DNA of 64,000 nucleotides from Candidatus Calescibacterium sp. (GTDB lineage: Bacteria; Calescibacteriota; Calescibacteriia; Calescibacteriales; Calescibacteriaceae). A program made the position numbers and the translations under genes. The notes below the pieces were generated by a model, which was not told the DNA's origin, did no database searches, and saw nothing but the letters and a program-made list of their open reading frames with translations. Shown one piece after another: positions 37,847 to 48,040 of this stretch (the stretch's first letter is position 1; every line of letters starts with the position of its first letter). The DNA is taken from the NCBI GenBank assembly GCA_032249135.1, contig JAVVGL010000002.1, forward strand, positions 74,141-138,140, given 5' to 3'.

Positions 37847-38293
37847 TTATTCCTCAACTGATATGTTTAAAACTTTCTTTTTCTCCTCCTCCTTCTTCGG
37901 TATAGTTATGGTCAAAACCCCGTCTTTTATTTTCGCTTTCGTTTTCTCAGCTTCTATATTCTCCGGAAGCGATATTCTTCTTACGAACTTTCCATATCTT
38001 CTCTCTATAATGTGAGCATTTTTTTGCTTCGTCTCCTCCTCTTCCTTCCTCTCACCCTTTATTGTAAGAATATTATCTTGTATCTCAACTGATATATCTT
38101 TTTGTGTCATTCCAGGAACGTCTACCTTGATAATGATACTCTTTTCATCCTCATATATATCCAAAGACGGGGAAAAGGAATACTGCTTCCCCTCAAACAA
38201 AGGAGCTCCAAAGAATTCATCAAAAACCCTTTCTATTTCCTTCTCTATACCCTCCAAAATAGGCCTCATAATAAAACCTCTTTTCCTTTCCAT
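37847..38293 (-). CDS. Hsp20/alpha-crystallin small heat-shock protein
   Basis: PSLDIYED, DVPG, LTIKGER, ERRYGKFVRRISLP, KDGVLTITIPK. Confidence 0.95.
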   Translation of the reverse strand: MERKRGFIMRPILEGIEKEIERVFDEFFGAPLFEGKQYSFSPSLDIYEDEKSIIIKVDVPGMTQKDISVEIQDNILTIKGERKEEEETKQKNAHIIERRYGKFVRRISLPENIEAEKTKAKIKDGVLTITIPKKEEEKKKVLNISVEE

Positions 38294-38393
38294 AGCAATT
38301 ATATTTTAATTAAGGAGGAAAACAAAAAAAATAAGAAAAACAAAAATAAATAAAAAATTACATAATTTCAAAAAGAAAAACTATTTTTTCTAT

Positions 38394-39863
38394 ATGGAAG
38401 GAGAATTCCCTCTATATCTCACCTTTGATGATATACTTATATTACCAGGATATTCTGAAATTTTACCATCGGAAGTTGATTTGACAACAAGACTTACAAG
38501 AAAAATAAAGATGAACATCCCAATAATATCGGCAGCAATGGATACCGTAACAGAAGCGGAAATGGCAATAGAGATGGCAAAAGCGGGTGGAATAGGAATA
38601 ATTCACAGAAACCTCACACCAGAGGAGCAAGCAAAAGAGGTAGAAAAGGTAAAAAAATACAGCTCATGGATAATAAGATCTCCAATTTATGTTGACGAGG
38701 AAACCACAGTTGGTGAGGCTATGGATCTGATGAAAAAATACGGAATTTCAGGTCTACCTGTGGTAAAAAATGGATATCTTTTAGGAATTGTTACAGCAAG
38801 AGACCTGAGGTTTGAGACAGAAAAAACGAAAAAGGTAAAAGATGTTATGACTCCAAAGAGCAAACTCGTAGTCGTAAAAGAAGGAATAAGTCAAGAAGAA
38901 GCAAAAAAAATAATGCATAAAAACAAAGTTGAAAAACTCCCCGTAGTAGATGATGAATTCAGGCTAAAAGGTCTTATAACCTTGAAAGATATAAGCAAAG
39001 CTGAGGAAAACCCAATTTCTCTGAGAGATGAAAACGGAAGACTTATGGTAGGAGCAGCAGTAGGGGTTGGAGAAAAAGAGTTTGAAAGAATAGAAAAATT
39101 AGTAAAAGCTGGTGTTGATGTAATAGTAATAGATTCGGCTCACGGACACTCAAAAGGAGTTATAGAGATGTTAAGAAAAATAAAGGAAAATTTTGATGTT
39201 GAGGTTATAGCAGGTAATGTAGCAACAGCAGAAGGAGCAAAAGCTTTGGCAAAAGAAGGAGCAGACGCAATAAAAGTCGGCCTTGGTCCAGGTTCAATTT
39301 GTACAACAAGATTAGTAACAGGAGTTGGGGTTCCCCAAGTTTCAGCAATAATGGAATGCAAAAGAGCAGTTGAAGAACTCGGAATAGACATACCCATAAT
39401 AGCCGACGGGGGGATAAGATATCCGGGAGACATAGCGAAAGCTTTAGTTGTTGGAGCAGATTCTGTAATGCTTGGAAATATGCTCGCAGGAACAGAAGAA
39501 GCACCAGGGGAGAAAGTAATAAGAGATGGAAGACCATACAAAATATATAGGGGAATGGGGTCGGAAGACGCTATAAAAGATGGAATGAAAAAAGGAGTAA
39601 GATCAAGATATCTTACAGGAGAAGATATACTACCCGAAGGGGTTGTCGGGCTTGTTCCTTACAAAGGTCATGTAAGATTTATACTTTCTACCTTAGTTAA
39701 AGCTCTCAAAGCTGCATTCGGATATATAGGAGCAAAAAATATAGAGGAAGCGAAGAAAAAAGCCAAAATAATAAGAATAACAGAAGCAGGATACAAAGAA
39801 TCTCACATCCATGATGTTCAAGTCATAAAAGAAACAATTTTCCCATTCGGTTCAGAACATTAA
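38394..39863 (+). CDS. guaB: IMP dehydrogenase (with CBS pair)
   Basis: LTFDD, SAAMDTVTE, DSAHGHS, GPGSICTTR, IADGG, YRGMGS. Confidence 0.97.
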   Translation: MEGEFPLYLTFDDILILPGYSEILPSEVDLTTRLTRKIKMNIPIISAAMDTVTEAEMAIEMAKAGGIGIIHRNLTPEEQAKEVEKVKKYSSWIIRSPIYVDEETTVGEAMDLMKKYGISGLPVVKNGYLLGIVTARDLRFETEKTKKVKDVMTPKSKLVVVKEGISQEEAKKIMHKNKVEKLPVVDDEFRLKGLITLKDISKAEENPISLRDENGRLMVGAAVGVGEKEFERIEKLVKAGVDVIVIDSAHGHSKGVIEMLRKIKENFDVEVIAGNVATAEGAKALAKEGADAIKVGLGPGSICTTRLVTGVGVPQVSAIMECKRAVEELGIDIPIIADGGIRYPGDIAKALVVGADSVMLGNMLAGTEEAPGEKVIRDGRPYKIYRGMGSEDAIKDGMKKGVRSRYLTGEDILPEGVVGLVPYKGHVRFILSTLVKALKAAFGYIGAKNIEEAKKKAKIIRITEAGYKESHIHDVQVIKETIFPFGSEH

Positions 39864-39876
39864 GGGGTGAAAGAAA

Positions 39877-41703
39877 ATGGCAGTATATGAATTAGGATTT
39901 GATGACCTACCTGCAAAATATTTGATACTACTTGCACAGAAAAAAAAGAAACTTCAGAAAAAGTTATTTGGATGGAATTCACAAATTTTCCTGACTCCAA
40001 GAAGAATAATAATAAAGACCCAGAACGAAGTAGAGCCTCAAAAAATAATTGAATTCATAACAGAAAATTACAAAACTATGAGATGGAAGGAGAATGAAAA
40101 AATTTCTTTCGTACGTCCCCTGAGATGGGTATTAGCTTTATCAGGAGAAAATAAAATAGATATTGAAATTTTTGGAGTAAAATCCGGCTCTGAAACCTAT
40201 TTGCATAGAGCTCTTGGGAATCCGAAAATAAAAATAGAGAAAGAAGAAGAGTTTTTTGAAAAACTAAAAGAAGGAAAAGTTGAATACTCTGAAATCGCAA
40301 GAAGAGAAAAAATAAAAAATATTCTTGAAAGTGCAGGGGTAGATCCAGAAAAGTATAAAGACTTAGTAGAAATATCAGTTTTTTCAACAGAATATCCTAA
40401 TGCAGTAATTGGAGAGGTAGATTCCGAAGGTATTCCAGACCGAATTGCAGAAGACATACTTAAAAATACAGTTTTTGTTTTCCCAATAAAAAACAACAGG
40501 AAAATAATAAGGTTCATCGCAATAGTAGATAATCCTTCACCAAATGAATTAGAAATCAAAAAAGGATATGAATTTGTAATAAAGTCAAGATTTGATGATG
40601 CAAGATTTTACATAGAGGAAGATAGAAAAATAAAATTATCTGAAAGGATTCATCTTTTGGAAAAAATCGTTTTTAACGAAAAATTTGGATCATTTTACGA
40701 CAGACAAGTCTTCGTCTCAAAAGCAGCGGATTTCATTTATGCAAAAACCCAAATGAGTTCAAGAGAAAAATTAAGAAGAGCTGTCATGCTTTCAAAAGCT
40801 GACATAACAACTGGTCTTTTCAGGGAATTTCCGGAACACCAAGGATACATAGGTATGTTCTACGCTCTACAAGATGGAGAAGATGAAGAAATAGCAACAG
40901 CAATATATGAGCATAAACTCCCGGAAAAACAAGACGACCCCCTACCTACTACCCAAACAGGAACAGTAATATCAATTGCTGACAAAATAATACATATATT
41001 TTCCGGATTTTTATCTTCACTTGAGGTCACATCAGAAGAAGACCCTTATGGAATAAGAAGAGCTGCAAGAAATATGATAAGAGTTTTAATAGAGAAAGGA
41101 ATCGATTTAGATATTCAAGAACTCGCAGATTTCCTCTTTCCTTTTTTTCAAGAGCACCTGAAAGATAAAATTTCGGAAGATGAAATAAAGGAGAAAATTA
41201 TAAGCGCTCTGGAATTTATAAAAGAAAGAATGGAGAATTATCTTTCATCTCAGTTCAAAAAAGATATAGTAAGAGGAGTTATTGAAAGGACTTTTTCTCC
41301 TTATGATGCTTTTTTGAGAGCAAAATCTCTCTCTGAAAACGATTTTTCTGACCTCTTCTATGTCGCAAGACGGATCAGAAATATAATAGAACAAGCAGAA
41401 GAAAAAGGATTACTTTCTATCACAGAAAATCCGAACCCCAAAAGTGAAATTGAATCAAAAACATACGATGAGGTCCTAAAATTTGAAAAAGAAAGTATAG
41501 AAATTTTAAACAAAAAAAGATACGATGAGTTTATAAAATTGTTTTCAAAAATAAGAAAAACATTGGACGATTTTTTCAATTCAGTAATGATTCTTTCAGA
41601 AAACGAAGAAGAAAGAATAACAAGACTTTCTATACTCTATCCTGTATTTGAGATAACAAACTCGTTTGCTGATTTTTCAAAAATAGAAAAAAGGAAAGCA
41701 TAA
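39877..41703 (+). CDS. glyS: Glycine--tRNA ligase beta subunit (shortened)
   Basis: ELG.DDLP, TPRR, MRW...FVRPLRW, REFPEHQGYIG, ADK, DPYGIRRAA, DALR-type C-terminus; SD GGGGTGA at 39864. Confidence 0.88.
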   Translation: MAVYELGFDDLPAKYLILLAQKKKKLQKKLFGWNSQIFLTPRRIIIKTQNEVEPQKIIEFITENYKTMRWKENEKISFVRPLRWVLALSGENKIDIEIFGVKSGSETYLHRALGNPKIKIEKEEEFFEKLKEGKVEYSEIARREKIKNILESAGVDPEKYKDLVEISVFSTEYPNAVIGEVDSEGIPDRIAEDILKNTVFVFPIKNNRKIIRFIAIVDNPSPNELEIKKGYEFVIKSRFDDARFYIEEDRKIKLSERIHLLEKIVFNEKFGSFYDRQVFVSKAADFIYAKTQMSSREKLRRAVMLSKADITTGLFREFPEHQGYIGMFYALQDGEDEEIATAIYEHKLPEKQDDPLPTTQTGTVISIADKIIHIFSGFLSSLEVTSEEDPYGIRRAARNMIRVLIEKGIDLDIQELADFLFPFFQEHLKDKISEDEIKEKIISALEFIKERMENYLSSQFKKDIVRGVIERTFSPYDAFLRAKSLSENDFSDLFYVARRIRNIIEQAEEKGLLSITENPNPKSEIESKTYDEVLKFEKESIEILNKKRYDEFIKLFSKIRKTLDDFFNSVMILSENEEERITRLSILYPVFEITNSFADFSKIEKRKA

Positions 41704-41756
41704 CAAAATAGAACAACAAAATAAAACAGAACAGGAAAATTTTAAAATTTTTATAA

Positions 41757-42026
41757 ATGGAGTTTATAACTTTATCTGACATCGTAAAAAGAGCTTTTGA
41801 GGTAACATTTATAATTTCCATTCCCTTTTTGGCCGCAAGTCTTATTTCAGGTCTCATAATATCTTTTCTGCAAACTCTCACAAACATACAGGAAACTACA
41901 TTAGCTTTTGTACCCAAAATAATAATTGTGCTAATACTGGGCTTGATCTTAGGTTCATTCGTAACAACAGAATTTTTAGATTTTACAAAAGAAATAATAA
42001 ACTCTATCCCTTCGCTTGTGAAGTAA
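41757..42026 (+). CDS. fliQ: Flagellar export protein FliQ
   Basis: GLIISFLQTLTNIQETTLAFVPKI; 89 aa. Confidence 0.9.
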   Translation: MEFITLSDIVKRAFEVTFIISIPFLAASLISGLIISFLQTLTNIQETTLAFVPKIIIVLILGLILGSFVTTEFLDFTKEIINSIPSLVK

Positions 42027-42077
42027 AACAAATAGAGAAAAACTTTTTTCCTTCAAAAAAGATTATTTTTAAAATAT

Positions 42078-42317
42078 ATGAACCAGAAAAAAGATGTTCT
42101 GAGATTCAAAGGAAAAGTAATAGAATCCAACAGAGGTTTTTTCAGGGTAGAATTAGAAAATGGTAAAGTCATTCTCGCTTATCCATCAGGGAGCATGAAG
42201 AAAAATTTCATAAAAATAGGAGTAGGAGACAAAGTAGAAGTTGAAATATCGCCATACGACCTGACAAAGGGAAGAATAGTTTGGAGATATTCCGAAACAC
42301 CGGAAAATCAAACTTAA
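42078..42317 (+). CDS. infA: Translation initiation factor IF-1
   Basis: FRVELENG, SGSMKKNFIKI..GDKVEVEISPYDLTKGRI. Confidence 0.95.
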   Translation: MNQKKDVLRFKGKVIESNRGFFRVELENGKVILAYPSGSMKKNFIKIGVGDKVEVEISPYDLTKGRIVWRYSETPENQT

Positions 42318-42327
42318 CATATATATT

Positions 42328-43569
42328 TTAAATTTTTCCAAGAACACAAGAAGCATTAACTCCCCCAAAACCAAAGGAGTTGCTCATAACAAATCTGAGC
42401 TTCTTTTCCTTCGGTTTCCATGGGACATAGTCTAAATCACATTCTGGATCGGGTTCTTCAAGATTTATAGTCGGTGGCATTATATTTTCTTGCAAAGCAA
42501 GAACGCAAAATATAACCTCAACAGCTCCTCCAGCAGCTATAAGGTGTCCTGTCATAGATTTTGTAGAGGAAACAGAAAGCTTGAAAGCATGTTCACCGAA
42601 GACATCTTTTATAGCCTTTGTTTCTATTTCATCATTATACTTTGTAGAGGTACCGTGAGCATTTATGTAGTCTATCGCATCCGGAGGTATTTGGGCATCT
42701 TGAAGGGCTCGCTTCATCGCAAGAGCAAAGCCATATCCTTCCGGGTGAGGCGCAGTCATATGATATGCATCTGCGCTCATGCCAAAACCCTTCAATTCTG
42801 CATAAATTTTTGCCCCTCTCTTTTTAGCATGCTCATATTCTTCCAAAATAACTATACCAGCACCCTCTCCCATGACAAATCCATCTCTTTTTGCGTCAAA
42901 AGGACGAGAAGCTTTTTCCGGTTCATCATTCCTTGTAGAAAGCGCTCGCATAGAAGCAAAAGCAGAAATTCCCAAGGGAGTAATAGGAGCCTCTGCTCCA
43001 CCCGCTATTACAATATCACAAACACCAGATTTTATAAGCATATATCCCTCTCCTATAGCATGCAACCCGGCTGCGCAAGCAGTAGCAGGAGCTAAAATAG
43101 GTCCCATCGCACCAACCTTCATAGATATAAGTCCAGCTGCCATATTTATTATTGATACAGGTATAGAAAGAGGAGAAACCCGCCTCGGACCCTTTTCTAT
43201 AAGTGCTTTTACAGAATCCTCTATTGTTTTTATTCCACCAATTCCACTACCTATTACAACGCCCGTATTTTCTGGATTTGGTAATTTTATATTTCCTCCT
43301 TCAATAAAACCAGCATCTTCAAGTGCTTCTTTCGCTGCATGTAAAGCAAAAAGTTCAAATCTATCAAGTTTTTTTACTTCCTTTTCATCTACAAAAGAGG
43401 GAGTGAAGTTTTTCACCTCGGCCGCAATCTTTACAGGAAAATTTTCTGTATCAAATAAAGTTATATAAGAAACTCCTGATTTACCAGCCTTTATATTTTC
43501 CCATGTTTCCCTAACATTATTTCCGCAGGGAGTAACGCATCCCATACCAGTTATTACTACCCGTCTCAT
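42328..43569 (-). CDS. fabF: Beta-ketoacyl-ACP synthase II
   Basis: RRVVITGMG, ATACAAG, SRPFD..RDGFVMGEG, NAHGTST, KSMTGH, SNSFGFGG. Confidence 0.96.
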   Translation of the reverse strand: MRRVVITGMGCVTPCGNNVRETWENIKAGKSGVSYITLFDTENFPVKIAAEVKNFTPSFVDEKEVKKLDRFELFALHAAKEALEDAGFIEGGNIKLPNPENTGVVIGSGIGGIKTIEDSVKALIEKGPRRVSPLSIPVSIINMAAGLISMKVGAMGPILAPATACAAGLHAIGEGYMLIKSGVCDIVIAGGAEAPITPLGISAFASMRALSTRNDEPEKASRPFDAKRDGFVMGEGAGIVILEEYEHAKKRGAKIYAELKGFGMSADAYHMTAPHPEGYGFALAMKRALQDAQIPPDAIDYINAHGTSTKYNDEIETKAIKDVFGEHAFKLSVSSTKSMTGHLIAAGGAVEVIFCVLALQENIMPPTINLEEPDPECDLDYVPWKPKEKKLRFVMSNSFGFGGVNASCVLGKI

Positions 43570-43694
43570 ATTGAATTTTCCTCCTTTTTCAAGTTTATTT
43601 ATACCTATCCTTTTAATTTCTTACCTTATTCTATTTTTTAATTTTTTTGCTTTATTTTTTCATTTTCTTACTTTAAAAACTTACTTTAAAAAAA

Positions 43695-44777
43695 GTGAGT
43701 TACCCTTTTGCAGAAAGGTACGAGGGAGATGGGTTAATTTTAAATTCAAATATAAATCCTTTCGGTCCTTCTCCGCTTGTTATAGAAGAAATCAAAAAAA
43801 TTGCAGATAAAGTAAATTTTTATCCTCCAAAGCAAGATAAACTAAAAGAAAAAGTTTCTCAAAATCTCAAAGAATATGGATTTGACATATCACCAAAAGA
43901 GATAGTTTTCGGGAACGGTTCAGATGAAGCCATAGAATTTGTTTTCAAGTTTTTGATGAGAAGACATAAAAGGAAACTAAAAATAATAATAGGAGAAGGA
44001 ACATTTGCATTTTATGAGTATCTTGCAAAATCTTTTGGACTAGAAGTAAAAAAAGTTAAGCTGAATGATTTTGGATACGACCTTGAAAGTATAGAAAAAG
44101 TTGCAAAAAAAAGCAAACCTTGTCTTATATGCATATGTAACCCAATAAATCCTACCGGAAAAATAATACCAAAAGAAAATCTCGAAGACTTTTTAGGAAC
44201 ACTAAACCGTGATGGGATATACATTCTATCAGATGAGGCGTATTTTGAATACGCAAATTTTCTTAATTTGAAAGATTGGAGAAAAGACAAATATAGAAGC
44301 GTTTTAAATTTGAAAAGATCAGAAAATATTTTTGTGACAAGAACTTTTTCAAAAGTCTATGGATTAGCCGGTATAAGGATAGGGTATCTTATAACTCAGT
44401 TTGCCGATATTATAGAAAGTGAAATAAAACCTCCTTTCAGTGTAAATTATATAGCCTTAGTATGTGCAGAAAAAGCCCTTGAAGACAAGGAACATATAAA
44501 AAAAACACTTGAAAACAACCTTGAAGGTATGAGGATACTTGAAAAACTATTTGATGAACTCGGAATACCATATGTAGGTTCATGGGCAAACTTTATTTTT
44601 GTGCAAGTGAAAAAAAAATCAATAATAGACGAACTTAAATCAAATAAGATATTCGTAAGAGATATGAAACCATACGGATTTGATGGAGCAATACGAGTGA
44701 GTATAGGCAAAAAAGAAGATATGGAAGTATTTTCTGAGCTTTTCAGAAAATTTTTCCTCAAAAATAAAAATGCATAA
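43695..44777 (+). CDS. hisC: Histidinol-phosphate aminotransferase
   Basis: NINPFGPSP, GNGSDE, CNPINPTG, DEAYFEY, RTFSKVYGLAGIRIGY. Confidence 0.88.
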   Translation: MSYPFAERYEGDGLILNSNINPFGPSPLVIEEIKKIADKVNFYPPKQDKLKEKVSQNLKEYGFDISPKEIVFGNGSDEAIEFVFKFLMRRHKRKLKIIIGEGTFAFYEYLAKSFGLEVKKVKLNDFGYDLESIEKVAKKSKPCLICICNPINPTGKIIPKENLEDFLGTLNRDGIYILSDEAYFEYANFLNLKDWRKDKYRSVLNLKRSENIFVTRTFSKVYGLAGIRIGYLITQFADIIESEIKPPFSVNYIALVCAEKALEDKEHIKKTLENNLEGMRILEKLFDELGIPYVGSWANFIFVQVKKKSIIDELKSNKIFVRDMKPYGFDGAIRVSIGKKEDMEVFSELFRKFFLKNKNA

Positions 44778-44879
44778 ATTATAAGTTTATGTTAGCAGAA
44801 ATAAAAATGAAGTATGATAAATAAGCTAAATTTATTAATTTTATAAATTTTTGCAAATTTTTTCAAGGGGGAAAAATTT

Positions 44880-46118
44880 ATGATAAAAAAGAAAGAAAAT
44901 AAAAGTTCAAAAAAGGAAGAACTAAAAAGTAGGGAAAAAGATAAAAAATCAAAGAGCGAAGAAGTAAACAAAAGAACAGAACAAAGTATAGAAACAGGTG
45001 GAGAGAAGATTAAAGAAAAAATTGAGGAGGTGATAGATCAGATAATCTCAAAAGGGATAATAGGGTCAAGGAGAAAACCATCTGAAGATGTGAAGAAGAT
45101 AGATGCTGGAAAAGATAAATTTGATAATTCTATCAAAACGCCATTTGCATATCTTCTGAGGGAAGTTTCAAAATATCCTCTTCTTTCACCTGAGGAGGAA
45201 AAGAGACTCGCAAGAAGATTCAGAAAATATAAAGATAAAAATGCGGCAAGAAGGCTTGCTCTCGCAAACTTAAGATTTGTAATAAAAATAGCTCTTGAAT
45301 ATAAAAACTGGGGTATCCCCGTTGAGGATTTAGTATCAGAGGGAATAATGGGATTGCTGTTCGCAATAAAAAAATTTGACCCAGAAAAAGGAGTAAAATT
45401 TATCTCCTATGCATCATACTGGATAAAGGCTTTTATACACAACTATATACTCTCCAATTTTTCTATAATGAAACTTGGAACAACACAAGATGAAAGAAGA
45501 ATATTTGCAAACATATTCAAAATCAAAGACGAAACGAGGGAAGAAGATATACAGAAACAAGCTCAAAAGCTCAATGTGGATGAGGAAAAAATAAGACTTA
45601 TGGATGCCCGAGTAAGATCAAGGGATATCTCTCTAGATAGCCCACAAGATGATGAAGGAAGTTTAAAACTTGCAGACATACTCAAAGCAGAAGAAACATA
45701 TGATCCTCTTTTCAAAGTTGAAATGGAAGATGCAAAAGAATTTATATATAGAAGGCTTAACGATGCATTCTTACATCTGACATCTCAAGAAAGACAGGTT
45801 ATCCAACAAAGGTATCTTAGTCCGAAACCGAAAACATTAAAGGAACTTTCAGATGAGCTTAAAATATCAAAAGAAAGAATAAGACAAGTAGAAAAAAGAG
45901 CTTTTCAGAAACTCAAAACAGCACTAGCTCAATACGCCCAAACTTTCAGAATAGATATGCTCAAAGATAAAATAAGAAGGAAAAGAAGAACAAAAGAGGA
46001 AATGGAACTTATAAAAATGATAGAAGAACATACAAAAAAGAGAAAGAAAAGAAGAAAAAGAAAAATTACAAAAATTGAACCAGAAAGAACCGAATTCTTT
46101 GACCTAAGAGAAATTTAA
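44880..46118 (+). CDS. rpoH: RpoH/sigma32-type RNA polymerase sigma factor with long charged terminal extensions
   Basis: YPLLSPEEE, ANLRFV, DLVSEG, FDPEKG, YASYWIKA, RpoH-box-like KLGTTQDERRIF, region 4 SKERIRQVE. Confidence 0.8.
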   Translation: MIKKKENKSSKKEELKSREKDKKSKSEEVNKRTEQSIETGGEKIKEKIEEVIDQIISKGIIGSRRKPSEDVKKIDAGKDKFDNSIKTPFAYLLREVSKYPLLSPEEEKRLARRFRKYKDKNAARRLALANLRFVIKIALEYKNWGIPVEDLVSEGIMGLLFAIKKFDPEKGVKFISYASYWIKAFIHNYILSNFSIMKLGTTQDERRIFANIFKIKDETREEDIQKQAQKLNVDEEKIRLMDARVRSRDISLDSPQDDEGSLKLADILKAEETYDPLFKVEMEDAKEFIYRRLNDAFLHLTSQERQVIQQRYLSPKPKTLKELSDELKISKERIRQVEKRAFQKLKTALAQYAQTFRIDMLKDKIRRKRRTKEEMELIKMIEEHTKKRKKRRKRKITKIEPERTEFFDLREI

Positions 46119-48040
46119 AACTTGAAGAAAAATTTCTTGAGAAAATCTCCGCTCTTTTTATCACTGAGAACTTCTCTTATCTTATCTGGCGAAACAGGTT
46201 CGTTTTTTAAGAAAAATTTATCTTCTTTTCCACCTACATCAAAGAAAAAGCCATAAGATTTTATTACATCTCTTATTGTTTCTTTTTGTCTCCTGAACAT
46301 ATCAATTACAACATCACCAAAAGCGAGTTCATCTGCTCTATATTCATCGCTTCCTCCGAAATTTGCAAACAGACTCAAACCATTTGCATGAGCCATACCA
46401 AGACATCTAATTTTGCAATCAAACTTATCACTATCTCCCTCACCGTAATCCAAAAATACTCCAAGACCTATATCATGTCCATGTCCCATTCCCTGAAAAT
46501 CACAAGTATATTTATCAGAACCTGAAAGGTCAAAAAATAGTCCAACTCCAAAATGAGCTGAACTTCCTTGACAATACCAATAACCTGTATATTTATCGTC
46601 TCCTGATGCGTCAAAAAGTACGCCTATTCCATACCAATATCCACAGCCCTGCGAAAACACAATAGCAGAGAACTCATCATTTCCTTCAAGGTCGTATAGT
46701 AACCCTACGCCTCCCGGCAAAGACTTTACTCCGTCTATGTAATCGGCTCTCAGCCCACTGCCACAACCTTGTCCCATACTCAAATTTCTTCTTCTATCTT
46801 GATATGATGGATTCTCATTTCCATCTTTGAGAATATATTTATCGTTTCCCGTTTTATCTAACAACAATCCTCCTCCGAGCGAACCAACTCCTTGCGACAA
46901 AGTTATAGATATATATGTATCGGAGCCCTTTTTATCTAAAAGTAATCCTGTTCCTAAAATTCCAGCACCCTGTGATATTCCTTTTGCTTCGTAAATATCA
47001 TCTCCTTCAAGATCATAGAGAGCTTCTGCTCCTAAAATTCCCCCTCCTGAACACCCAAAAGAACACTTGTAATAATCATTCCCAGAAAAATCATATATTA
47101 CTGAAAGATAAAGAGAACGAGGATGAGAAAAAATGTATCTATCGTTTCCTCCGACATCAATTATCACCATCAAAGTAGGTTGATCATTTTCCCCTCCCAA
47201 AATATATAAGTTATCTTTGCCGTAAGGATCAATTATTATAGAAGGAGATGGAGGAATTACAACAGTAGGTTCAGTAGTTGATATAAGCATAAACTCGCCA
47301 AAATCAGCAGAGAAATTTCCTATTTTCTTTATATCTGATCTCAGAAATTCTTGCAGACAAAGTAAGACAAAGTATTCTGCTGTATTTATAACTTCAAGGA
47401 AATCATAAATTTTGCTTTCACCCATCTTAAATGCGAGATCTGAAAGTATATCAAGGTTTTTGAAATCGTAAATTTTTTGGGGTCTCAAACCCTGCGTTTC
47501 AACATAATTTTTGAACCTATAATATGGCTCGCTCACACATCTTGCAAAATTCAAAACAGCTTCATCTTCAATTTTTCCTTGAACAACCTTTACACCTTGT
47601 AAATTTATTTCCTGATTCTTTTCGGAAAAATATTTTGAAGCTGGATTTGAAACAAGGTCTATTCTCTTTATTTTTGATGAATATTTCGCTATCGTAAAGA
47701 AATAAAAAGATATATTTTCTTCCTTTGAGAATAAATCGGCTGTTTTTGAAAACCAAAAAATAGATTTTTTCATATCACGCAAAGACAAGGAAGAGAGAGG
47801 GTGAATCCAGAAGTTATCTGAAAAATACCTTGCATCATCCAAATCTATGCCTATATCCAAACTGGTTATTGAGTCCAAATAATCTAAAATACCTCTGACT
47901 TTCTCTGTAAAATTTAATGTTTTCTCCTCCAAACTTTTTTTCTCCTCCAAACTTTCACCGAAAAATGGAAAAGTCAAGAAAAATAACAAGAAAAATAAAA
48001 GAGAAAAACCACTAAGATATGAAAAATTTTTACTCATCAT
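46115..48040 (-). CDS. Exported protein with ~12 Asp/Gly-rich repeats (D-x-x-G-x-D-x-Y...SQG-x-G)
   Basis: Signal peptide; repeats DVGGNDRY, DFSGNDYY, DLEGDDIY, DKKGSDTY, DKTGNDKY, DLEGNDEF, DASGDDKY, DLSGSDKY etc. Confidence 0.75.
   Translation of the reverse strand: MMSKNFSYLSGFSLLFFLLFFLTFPFFGESLEEKKSLEEKTLNFTEKVRGILDYLDSITSLDIGIDLDDARYFSDNFWIHPLSSLSLRDMKKSIFWFSKTADLFSKEENISFYFFTIAKYSSKIKRIDLVSNPASKYFSEKNQEINLQGVKVVQGKIEDEAVLNFARCVSEPYYRFKNYVETQGLRPQKIYDFKNLDILSDLAFKMGESKIYDFLEVINTAEYFVLLCLQEFLRSDIKKIGNFSADFGEFMLISTTEPTVVIPPSPSIIIDPYGKDNLYILGGENDQPTLMVIIDVGGNDRYIFSHPRSLYLSVIYDFSGNDYYKCSFGCSGGGILGAEALYDLEGDDIYEAKGISQGAGILGTGLLLDKKGSDTYISITLSQGVGSLGGGLLLDKTGNDKYILKDGNENPSYQDRRRNLSMGQGCGSGLRADYIDGVKSLPGGVGLLYDLEGNDEFSAIVFSQGCGYWYGIGVLFDASGDDKYTGYWYCQGSSAHFGVGLFFDLSGSDKYTCDFQGMGHGHDIGLGVFLDYGEGDSDKFDCKIRCLGMAHANGLSLFANFGGSDEYRADELAFGDVVIDMFRRQKETIRDVIKSYGFFFDVGGKEDKFFLKNEPVSPDKIREVLSDKKSGDFLKKFFFKF

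Noticed and set aside
38294..38393. CIRCE element upstream of hsp20 (also checked upstream of grpE)
   Set aside because: No TTAGCACTC-N9-GAGTGCTAA-like inverted repeat present.
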